Shown piece after piece: positions 1 to 11,626 of a stretch of 64,000 nucleotides of DNA. The position numbers were made by a program, and so were the translations under genes. Each line of letters begins with the position of its first letter. Within the stretch, counting starts at the first letter, position 1. The stretch is from the human T2T-CHM13v2.0 reference genome, Homo sapiens, in NCBI RefSeq assembly GCF_009914755.1, contig NC_060929.1, one strand, 5' to 3'. A model generated the notes under the pieces. The model did no database searches. It was not told the origin of the DNA and worked only from the letters and a program-made list of their open reading frames with translations.

Positions 1-648
1 TAACTTCATTCTATTGTGATTTTTTTTCAAAGCCTGTATATCCAGTGCATACTTAATCTATATTAAAAGATTTCAATGTTTTTATGAAAATTAACTTTGG
101 GTTTTGAAAAATATTCATATGATTTTAAAGGCTAAAAGTACATCTCTAAAAATTAATAGAGAATATTAGATATTTTCTAATATTTAATTATGATATTAGA
201 AAATATGTGTGATGTTTTCATGATAGAGTGCCTTCTTTTTAGCCACATGTGCAGGAGCAATATGTGAAAATAGCAGTAAATGTCAGTGTGCGAATAAGTG
301 ACATGTGAATTCCAATATACCTTCAAGGTAATAAAGAAAAAATTACTTAATTGTGTGTTCCATTAAGTGTTTCCAACTTACAAGAGAGAACAGAAAAAGT
401 AATATGCTTGTTATGAATATGCAGTCTTGTACATATGGGCCAATGTTTAGAGAGGTATAATATGATGAATAATGTTTTCTTTTTACAATAATTATTTTGA
501 GCTCTCTAGTATAAGTAGTAGTTTCTATAGCGTAATTCACTCTACAACATAATTTGCTTCATTTGTCTATCTCTTCAAATATTTCTCCAACATGAGCTCA
601 TCTTACCCCACAATTTCTCAGGATAGAAAAAACAGCAAAATAAACAAA

Positions 649-658
649 ATCTTACCTT
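649..658 (-). promoter_or_regulatory. 5' splice donor
   Basis: Minus strand AAG|GTAAGAT; cadherin similarity stops exactly here (...YVGK). Confidence 0.93.
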
Positions 659-883
659 TCCAACATACTGAGGATCTGGTCCCATATGTTCTTCTAAAAC
701 AAAGAACTGATTCCATACCCATCCCCTTTTGGGACGATGATGGACTTCGGTTTCACCTTCAATGTGTTTGGTTTGGTTTCTCATCACCTTGATGGAGCTG
801 TGGTGAGCAGTTCCATAACACCTCTGCACAAAACAGAGACACACTAGGACTGGACAGATGCAAGATGTGCTAGTAATTTTCAT
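656..883 (-). CDS. CDH18: First coding exon portion of cadherin-18 (type II classical cadherin): signal peptide, prodomain, furin site, start of EC1
   Basis: ATG at 883-881. 76 codons [24 protein letters not shown]...HHRPKR|[23 protein letters not shown]. The [11 protein letters not shown] motif is diagnostic of type II cadherins and the N-terminus matches recalled CDH18. Ends at a phase-0 donor AAG|GTAAGA (656/655). Confidence 0.96.
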
Positions 884-1139
884 TGTAAGATAACTTTCCA
901 GTTCACAGTTTTCCTTCCTTTCCTTGTCAGCTACGAAAGCTTAGTGAGCATTCAAGAGAGAAGCCAGAGCATCTTTAGGAAGGACAGTCCAAAGTAAATT
1001 GTTTAGCGTGTCCATGATTTAACTGTCCATCAGGGAAAGGTCAGATCATATTTACATTCTGAACCACTTGGAAAATCAAAGCCGTAGTTGTCTGATTCCA
1101 ACTCTTCACAGTAGTTGAACACAAGCAACCATTTTCAAC
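884..1139 (-). other. CDH18: 5'UTR part (256 nt) of the first coding exon
   Basis: Bounded by a canonical acceptor ttttctctttccattag|GTTG at 1140/1139 and the ATG at 883. Confidence 0.85.
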
Positions 1140-1160
1140 CTAATGGAAAGAGAAAATTAT
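1140..1160 (-). promoter_or_regulatory. 3' splice site with polypyrimidine tract
   Basis: Minus strand reads ataattttctctttccattag immediately before exon base 1139. Confidence 0.85.
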
Positions 1161-1873
1161 ATGTGTTACAAAACACGGTTTTTTTAACTATTTGCTCTGA
1201 ATACAAATGATACTATTTTGCAATGTGATACTGATAGGCAAAGAACATATGCAAAATCTCTAGGACACATCCACAAACCTATACACCTATTTGTCTACAT
1301 GCATTTTTACATGAACCTTCCTGTCTGTACCATTAATTCTCAATGACAAATATATGTATAATTCTTGTTTTTGTTAGACATAATACAAATTTGTTATATA
1401 TACTACACATGAATTACCTACTGTATAAGACTCATCAAATTTTGACAAAATATCCCAAGGGCTGAAAAATTGTCACAGACCACAACAGCAATCAAATAGG
1501 TACTTAAAGTGCTCAGTAAGTAAAGTGGAAGAAAATAAAAGATCAAAGAAAAAGGTGGCTGAAAACAAAAAGAATGCAACTTAAAATTACTCCAGGTTTG
1601 GGGAACAGATTGGTAAAGTTGGGTGTGAGTGACAATGTCAATTGGCTGAATTATAGATTGTGTAAATTTTGATAGGTCCTGCATATCTACCCCGGGTATG
1701 AACTTCACACACAGACAAGGCAGATTTTCAAGTTTGGGAATTACATTACTAGGCTTGATTTCTAGTACACATAATTCTAGCAATTATCTAAAGACAGGAT
1801 TAAAGAAAGAAAAAAATAGCGGTAAATAAACAGAGGAAAAATGTTTTGATTTTTAAAATTAAAAGAAGTTGAA

Positions 1874-2617
<744 letters not shown>

Positions 2618-4141
2618 AAAAGAATGACTGAAATTATAAGCTTATTTAAAGAATATAAATTTTGCATCAAGTTTTGCTGTAGTATTATATATGTGTGCTT
2701 GAATATATGTTTAGGAAGATTACATTGATTCAAGAATATGGCTATTTCATTTAATAAAAAGTACTAAATAAATCACTTTCTCATTGAATGCAATTCATCC
2801 CTGCAAATCAGCACAAACTGAAATGTAGATCTGAATAAATAACAAATTGACATGACAGTATAATTAATTTATAATACTGAATACAAATAATTGGTTACAG
2901 CATGATTCTCTTACACAGTTGAGGAAAGATGCTACACAGATTTGGTCACGAAGGAAAAAAGTCACATTAGATTCAAGAGCACGGCATTTTTCTCTGAGTA
3001 TTTCGCTCCTTAAATGAGGGTTAGTAATAGTGCTTACTTCACCATTGTGCAACAATTGTGTAGGATTAGAGTAATTGGAATTTCACTTTTATCATTTGAC
3101 AAATATAAAATTTATGTTTTCAAATATTTTCTGAAAGCAAAGGTATCCTTCCCTCTGATTTAAATCAAAACAACTTCAAAACTCTCCTAAAATATAAGAG
3201 AGAGCAATACTATTCTAGCTTCAAAATGGCAAGAGCATTGGAAAGAGAGTCAGAAATCACAGGTTTTATTTTTTGATAGTTTACTTACTATATTAATTTA
3301 TGTGAACCATGTCATGTTTTTCAGTCTCACTGCCCTCATTTATTAAAATTTGTGACTGGAATAACTGTATTTAATATTCTTTCCAGCATTTGTAATAAAT
3401 TATTTTAATAAATTTATATTAAACTTTTTATTTCCCAAGAGATTCTTAATTTTCAAATCATGAATTTCAAAAAAAAAAAAAAGGAAACTTTATCTAGCTT
3501 TTCTTCTTAGAAGCCAAGTTGTTGAAGACATAGAAGGTGTTGTTATTTTAATACTTTCACACCATTTGGTGTGATTTTCAAATAAAATTAACATCTTTGC
3601 CCTTCATGCTAAGTTGTTTAACAAAGCTTAATTTATGAGTACAAGGTGAAGAAAGTGGCTTTTGCAATGCATTACAGATATGTAAAATGAGTGTTTTCTT
3701 TACAATACTGATTGTGAGTCATTCCAAAAATATATAAATGCATTTTGATCTACATATGCTTTATATGTTTGCGAATCTCAATTATGACAATTATGAAAAT
3801 AGATATATACTGTGCTATGGAATAAAAGAACAAATGTAAACATCACTACAGCGCTTATGGAGATAATTTTATTTACTATATAATAAGAGGACATAACTTC
3901 AAATATAAAATTTTTCTGCATTACTGCAAGAAATCCATCTCTGCATAAGTTAGAAAAAATTGAAATGCAAATAATAAGAAAACAAACCAGTGATTGAGAC
4001 CAATACAATAGAAATATGTGGTAGACATTTTCCATTTTATGACTGAGCAGTGTTCAAAGACCCTTCTGCTTTCATGGAACATTCCAATATGTGAATTCTG
4101 ATAAACCGAGCCCTGACTTTCACCACTAGTCACTTAGGCAC

Positions 4142-6473
4142 CAATATGGTCTGGCTCTGTGTCCCCACCTATCTCTCATCTTGATTTGTAATCTGAATTG
4201 TAATCCCCATTTTGGGAAAGGGACCTCATGGGAGGTGATTGGATCATGGGGGCTGCTCCCCCATGCTGTTCTCTTGATAGTGAGTAAGTTATCACAAGAT
4301 CTGACGGTTTTATAAGGGGCTCTTCTCCCTTCACTCTGCACTTCTCTCTCCTGATGCCTTGTGAAGAAGAACATGTTTGCTTCCCATTTTGCCATGACTG
4401 TAAGTTTCCTGAGGCCTCCCCAGCCATGTGGAACTGTAAGTCAATTAAACCTCTTTGCTTTATAAATTTCCCAGGCTTGGGTATTTCTTTATAGCAGCAT
4501 GAAAATAAAATAATACAATACATTTTACCAGTAGAGTGGGGTGCTGTTATAAAGATACCCAAAAATGTGGAAGTGACTTTGGAACTAGATAACAGGAAGA
4601 AGTAGGAACAGTTTGGAGGGCTCAGAAGAAAATAGGAAGATGTGGGAAAATTTGGAACTTCCTAGACACTTGTTGAACGGTTTTGACCCAAACACTGATA
4701 ATGGATAATGATGTGGACAACGAAGTCCAGGCTGAGGCAGTCTCAGATAGACATGAGGAATTTTTTAGGAACTGGAGAAAAGGTCACTCTTGCTATGTTT
4801 CAGCAAAGAGACTGGTGCCATTTTGTCCGTGTACTAGAGATCTGTGGAACTTTGAACTTGAGAGAGAAGGTCTGGCATTGGAACTTATGTTTAAAAGGGA
4901 AGCACAGCATAAAAGTTTGGAAAATTTTCAGCCTGATCGTGTGATAGAAAAGAAAAACTAATTTTATGGAAAGAAATTGAAGCCAGCTTGAGAAATTTGC
5001 ATAAGTAACAAGAAGCCAAATGTAATTCACCAAGACAATGGAGAAAATGTCTCCAGGGCATGTCAGAGACCTTCATGGCATCCCCTCCCATCTAAGGCCC
5101 AGAGTCCTAGGCGGGAAAAAAATGGTTTCCTGGGCCAGGCCCAGTGCCTTGCTGCTTTGTGCAGTCTTGAGACTTGGTACCCTGCGTCTCAGCCATGGGT
5201 AAAAGAGACCACGGTACAGCTCAGCTTGTTGCTTCAGAGGGTGCAAGCACCGAGCCTTCCACCAAGTGCTTGGAAGCACCAGGTGGCTTCTACATGGTGT
5301 TGGGCTTGCGGGTGCACAGAAGTGAAGAATTGAGGTTTGGGAAACTCCACCTAGATTTCAGAGGATGTATAGGAACACCTGGATGGCTAGCAGTATTGCA
5401 GGGGTGGAGCCCTCATGGAGAAACTCTGTTAGAGCAGTGCAGAAGGGAAATGTGAGGTCGGACCCCCGACATAGAGTTCCCACTGGGGCACTGCCTAGTG
5501 AAGCTGTGAGATGACAGCCACCGTCTTCCAGAAACCAGAATTGTAGATCCACCAACAGCTTGCACTGTGCATCAAAAAAGCTAAAGACACTCAATGCCAG
5601 CTGTGAAAGCAGCCAGAGCAGGGGCTTGTATCCTAAAAAGCCACAGGAGTGGAGCTACCCTAGGCCATGGGAGCCCAACCTTTGCATCTGTGTGCCCTGC
5701 ATGTGAGACATGGAGTAAAAGGAAATTATTTTGGAGCTTTAAGATTTAATGACTGTCCCGCTAGATTTTGGACCTGCATGGGGCCTGTAGCCCCTTTGTT
5801 TTGGCCAATTTCTCCCATTGGAGAAGAATTCAAAGATTGATTCTTATTCAAAACTATTCCCATTTCAGGGAGCATTTATCCAATGACTCTATCCCCATTG
5901 TATCTATGAAAGAACTAACTTGCTTTTGATTTTATAGGCTCCTAGGTGGGAGTGACTTGCCTTGTCTCAGATGACACTTTGGACTTGGACATTTGAGTTA
6001 ATTCTGGGAAGAATTAAGATTTTTCAGGGACTGTAGGGAAGGTACAATCGTGCTTTGAAATGTGAAAAAGACAAGATTTGCGAGGGGTCAGGAGTGGAAT
6101 AATATGGTCTGGCTCTGTGTCCTCACCCAAATCTCATCTTGAATTCTAATCCGAATTGCTATCCCCATTTTGGGGGAGGGACCTCATAGAAGGTGACTAG
6201 ATCCTGGGGACTAGTCCCCCATGCTCTTCTCATGATAATGAGTTGTCATGAGATCTGATGATTTTATAAGGGGCTCTTTCCCCTTTGTTCTGCAATTCTC
6301 TCTCCTGTAGACTTGTGAAAAAGGGCATGTTTGTTTCTCCTTCCACCAATATTGTAAGTTTCCTGAGGCCTCCTTAGCTTTGCGGAACTGTGAGTCAATT
6401 AAATCTCTCTCTTCTATAAATTACCCAGTCTTGAGAGTGTTTCTTTATAGCAGTGTGAAAATGGACTAATACA
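4142..6473 (+). mobile_element. Full-length MaLR (THE1/MST family) LTR-int-LTR element
   Basis: LTRs 4142-4517 and 6100-6473 (atatggtctggctctgtgt...taataca), ~1.6-kb THE1/MST-type internal region, 5-bp TSD ggcac/ggaac (1 mismatch). Confidence 0.92.
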
Positions 6474-7122
6474 GGAACCAAATACTTTCTTTCTATATCC
6501 TTTCATCAGAAATTTCATCAGTGACAGAGGCACATAAATGATATGCTCAAATGATGGAAAGATGTAGGAACAGTTGAGAAATTTTCCACAGCAGTGGCAA
6601 TTATTTCAAGACCCAAGTATAGTGATGGTGAGCTCTGCAGATATGACAGACAGAATCCAGTGGCATAAATTAAAAGGGTTCTAGCTATGTTGTTCTAGTG
6701 GCAAGTACTTGATATAATTTCTAGCTGTCTAAATTCCATTGTTTCCTACTTCTCCCTAAACCTGATTTGTAAACACCCTCATCAATTCAATGGCTATCCA
6801 ACACAGTTCAAACAAATTTATTTGTTGCTTTTTATGCCCAGAATTGACTTCTGGTGTTTGAAACATTTTAAAATTATACATATACTGTACATTACATGAA
6901 TAAAAACCACTAGCCCTTACTAAGAAGACATGCACAGTGTTAAATATTACCAAGATGTTAATGAATATTGTCTCTTAAACATTTTCAGCTTCTTTTAAAA
7001 AATATATATCCAAATTATAGTTGTTAAGATAGTTTCTTTGTATCCAGTTCATGGAATAATTCAAAGAATTAAAAAAAAATAACAAATAAACATAAATGAT
7101 TCTGTTTCCTTGTTGGTTGACC

Positions 7123-10100
7123 CCAGGATATTTCCTAATTTCTCTTGACTTTTTTCTTTGACCCATTGGTTGTTCAAGAATGTGCAGTTTAATTTCTACA
7201 TATTTACAAATGTTCTGTTTTTATTTCGCTATTTATTTCTACCTAACTTCCATTGTATTTGGAAAAGACACCAGCTATCATTTTACACTTCTTGAATTTG
7301 TAGACTTGTTTTGTGGCCCAACACGTGATCTATCCTGGAAAATGGTTCATTTCTACTAGAGAAGAATGTGTGTTTTGATGCAGTTGGGTGTAATGTTCCA
7401 TATATGTCTGTTAAAGCCATTTGGTTCATAGTGTTGTTCAAGTTCTCTGTTTCTTTATTGATTTTCTGTCTGCATGTTCTACACATTATTGAAAGTTTAG
7501 TATTGACAATTTCTACTATTATTGTATTATTCTCTATTCAATTCTGTCAATATTTGTTTTATATATCTAGGTGCTCTGATGTTGGGTGCATATATATTTA
7601 TAATTGTTTTTTTTCTGCTGAGTTAATACATTTATAATTATATAATGCCCTTATTTGTCTCTTCCTACAGTTTTTAACTGAAAGAATATTGTGTATGATA
7701 TAAGTATAGCTTTCCTTTGCTCTCTTTCGGTTAATATTTGCATGGAATATATATATATATATGTATTATCCTTTCTCTCTCAACTGATTTGTGTCCAGAA
7801 ATCTAAAGTGAGTCTATTGTAGAAAGCATATAATGTGAGCTTATTTTTATTCATTCAGCCACTATTTTTTGATTTGGAAATTTAATCCATTTATATTTAA
7901 AGTAATAATTGAGAGGGAAGAAATTTCTATTGCCATTTTGTTATTGTTTTCTGTCTATCTTGTAGCTATTTTTATCCCTGTTTTCCTCTCTTGCTACCTT
8001 GCTTTGTGTTTTTTTAAATTTCTTTTAATTACATTCTTTGACTTCTTTCTCCTTTTTATTCATGTGTCTTCCACAGTATCATTTTTTGTGCATACAATGG
8101 GACTTACAGAAACCTTCTTATAGTTATAACAATCTATTTTAAGCTGATAACAAATTATATTCAATTAAATATAAAAACTCTACACTTTTACTTCACCCAC
8201 ACTAACATGCTTTATGTTACTGATGTCACAAATACATTTTTATGTTGTGTACCAATTAATATATTTGTTATTTTTATACTTTTGTCTTTTACCTTCATAC
8301 CAGAATTTAAAGTGATTTACACAACACTGTTACATCATTCCAGCATTCTGTTTTTGCCTATATATTTACCTTTACTATCAAGCTTAATACAGTTGACCCT
8401 TGAACAGCATAGAGTTTTAACTATAAAGTTCTATTTATTAGTGGACGTTTTTCAGCCCATTGTGGAGCTAAAATATTCAGGGGATGTGAAACCCATATAT
8501 AGGGAGGGCCATCTTTCATATATGTGGGTTCCACATGACCAACTGCTGGACTTGATTACATGCAGATTTTGGTATAAACAGGGGTCCTGAAACTGAACTT
8601 CCATATATACTGAGGGGTAGCTGTACTTTCATATATTTTCAAATTGCTGTTTAGCATGTTTTCACTTCAAATAAAAGACTCCGTTTGGAATCTTTTGTAA
8701 GACAGGTCTTGTGGTAATGAACTCCCTCAGTATTTAGTCTATGAAAATCTTCATCTCTTTACTTTTGAAGGTCAGACTTGCTGGATATAATATTTTTTGT
8801 CGGCAAGATTTTTTTTCTTTTTCCTTTAGCACTTTTAATATATTATCCTGTCACTTCTGGCCTTTATGATTTCTGCTTAGAAATCTGTTCATAGTCTTGT
8901 GGAAGTTCTCTTTCATGTGATGAGTCACTTTTCTTTTGTTTCTTTCCAAATTCTCTTATCTTTGACTTTTAGTAGTTTGATTGTAATGTATCTTAGCAAG
9001 TTTTGTGTTTAAACTATTTCAAATTCATTGGGCTACTTGCATCTATTATAGCTATTCCCTTTCCAATGTTTTGGAAGTTTTCTGCCATCATTTCTTTAAG
9101 TAAACTCATTGATCTTTTCTCAATTTCTTATTTTTATTGGAATCTCACAATGTGTATACTGATCTACTTGATGTTGTTCCATATTTTTTTCCTTCAGTGT
9201 TTTATATTCTCTCCATAGACTGAATAATTTCAAATGGCCTGTCTTTAAGTTATCTGATTCTTCATTCTTGTTCAAATCTGCTATAGAACTTTTGCACTAA
9301 AATTTTCAGTTTAGTTGTATTATTCAGATCCCAAACTCTTGCTTCTTTTTATATATTTAATCTCTTTGTTGATATTCTTATTTTGTTTATGCATTGTTTT
9401 ACTGAGCTTCTTGACATTTTTAAGATGGTTATTTTGAATTCTTTGTTATATATTTCATATACTTCCATTTTTAGGGTTAGTATCTAGAGATTTATATGCC
9501 TCTTTTGATTGAGCCCTGTTTTCCTGTTTGTTCATTTTCCTTTTACCTTTGTGTTGGTATCTGCGTATTTGAAAGTCAGCCACCTCTTCCAGTCTTTACA
9601 AAATGGTTTCCTACAGAGAAAGACTTTCTCCAACTAAACTAAGATTCCGCAGATCACTCAAACTTTCTCTGTAGACATGTCTTCTTTTGACTTATGTGTG
9701 TATATTCCTAATTAGAGGAATCTTCTGATTTCCCTTTTTTGAGATCTCATAATTTCTTGCTCTTTCTGGTGTCTATATGGTGTACCGCACATCCGCTGAA
9801 GAACCAGCACAATGCTTGACTCTCTTTTGTTCTCATTGGCTCCCATGCATCCAGATTATGGTGGGCCCATCAGTGCTTTCACTGGGCTATACAAAAGGCA
9901 GACCCTTAGGCAGCCCCTTGATAAGGGTAGAATATTTGACATACTCTTTACTCTTCTCTTTATCCCTTGAGGCAGAGGCCACTGAGTTGTATCAGCCTCT
10001 GTCTTCTGTGGCACAAGTCTTCTGGAGCAGGCAGGAAACTGCCTGGTTATTTAATTTTCTCATGAGCCATTAGGCATGAAGAGTACATCCAATTCCATCA

Positions 10101-10460
10101 GTGCTCTGAGACAAGTGAGACAAAAATCAGTCTCTCAGGTAGCTTCCATGACAAGCTAGAATGTTGGACACATGGTCCAATATCTCTCCTTCCTTAATAG
10201 GTGTGAAACCAGGAGGTTACAGTTTCCTACAGACCACATGATGCTTTACCAGGGCGAGGTATTATGATGAGAGGGTGCCACACTTTCCTATCAGCTTAGA
10301 TTCAGTTAGTTTCACACTCACCTGATATGGAGGAGGAGCCTCTTAATCAGTTTCTAAATTTATCTGAAAGAGAATTGGTCCATGTATTGTTGAAATAATG
10401 TCTCCATGGGATGTAAGAAGAGCCTGGGGCTTTCTATTCTACCATATTGTTAATATAACT
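7123..10460 (-). mobile_element. Old L1 (L1M-type), 5' half: 5'UTR, ORF1 and ORF2 endonuclease remnants
   Basis: ORF 7283-7486 (RQKINKE...TDIY.TLHP...TFFSS...FSRIDHVLGHKTSL) is L1 ORF2 endonuclease. Degenerate CAAGATGGC-like 5' start (caatatggt) near 10448. Confidence 0.85.
8390..8623 (-). mobile_element. MER8 (Tigger-family MITE) inserted in the L1
   Basis: Starts cagttgacccttgaac, ends ggggtagctg, TA on both sides (8388-89, 8624-25), 234 bp. Confidence 0.85.
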
Positions 10461-10666
10461 CAGGATAATGGATTTCATGCTAATTGAAATAGGAAGACAC
10501 TGCAGTGGGTTGAGAAGTGTATAACATAAAATGATTTTAAAAGTCATTCTAGCTTCCATGAGGAGAATGCAATATAGGGCACCAAGAAGATTAAAAGAGG
10601 TAATGTAGGACTGGTTTGAGGACTACTGCAGAAGTGCAGGTGAGAAATGATGGTAGCGAAGACAAA

Positions 10667-10884
10667 GATGATAGCATATAAAATGCTATACATATATATC
10701 ATATAAAATGCTATATATATAGATGATAGCATATAAAATGCTATATATAGCATTTTATATAGGCTATATTATATACATATATGTATATAATGTGTATATA
10801 TACATTTTATATGGGCTATATTATATATATGTGTATATATACACACACACACATATATATGTATATAATATAGCCTATATAAAA
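10667..10884. repeat. Complex TA-rich repeat with palindromes
   Basis: Repeated atataaaatgctata units, (TA)n/(CA)n, perfect inverted repeats (see findings). Confidence 0.9.
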
Positions 10885-11477
10885 GCTAAGGCTATGTGTT
10901 AAATTTTATGATAGATGGATTAAAAGAAGAATACAACTCACAAAGTCTCAGAAAAGGTAGGAAGTAACAAACAAATCTACTATTTACAAATAAATAGCTC
11001 TGTCTTCAAATTTAGTAAATGTTTGCTATTCATAATGGATTTGAAAGGAAATGTGGAGCTTGCAGCCAATTAAACTAGTCTCAGCTCAGTGGAATGGTCA
11101 GGACTGAAGGTATTGGCATGAGAGTCAGCAGGATACCTTGCAAAGTTAAATTCATGGAGTAACAAGATCATGTTGGCAGAGATTAACGTAGAGAAGAGTA
11201 TAGGGCATAGGGCACAGTTCTGGGCATTAAACATCTAGAGTTAATAGTAGAGGATCAGGAGGCTATAAATAAAAAGAAGAAATGTGCAGTGAATGGGGTT
11301 CGGAAAGATGGGGTAGCATAGAAGCCTAGAGAACAATGTGTTTTAAGGAGGAAAGAATTGAACCACCAATTAAATCAATATATTTATTCATACAATACCC
11401 AGATGCCATAAATGTACGCTTTGTGTTGAATTTGTTAATATTTATGTACCAATGAAGTATACAAATTAGCATTTCAA

Positions 11478-11626
11478 ACATATATATATAAACATATATA
11501 TACACGCATATATATATAAACATATATATATACACGCATATATATAAACATATATATATACACGCATATATATAAACATATATATATATATGAACATATA
11601 TATACACGCATACACACACACACACA
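11478..11626. repeat. TA-rich minisatellite (~28-bp unit) ending in (CA)n
   Basis: acatatatatatacacgcatatatataa repeated about 4 times. Confidence 0.9.

Noticed and set aside
575-655. C-terminal 26 aa of the 102-aa ORF (VRFCLFCC...)
   Set aside because: Intron read-through past the GT donor at 655; cadherin similarity ends at YVGK and there is no convincing nearby poly(A) signal.
4126-5594. Cluster of overlapping ORFs resembling an operon
   Set aside because: All lie in MaLR LTR/internal sequence and are fragmented relics.
7283-7486. Endonuclease-like ORF
   Set aside because: Decayed L1 ORF2 fragment with frameshifts and stops around it.
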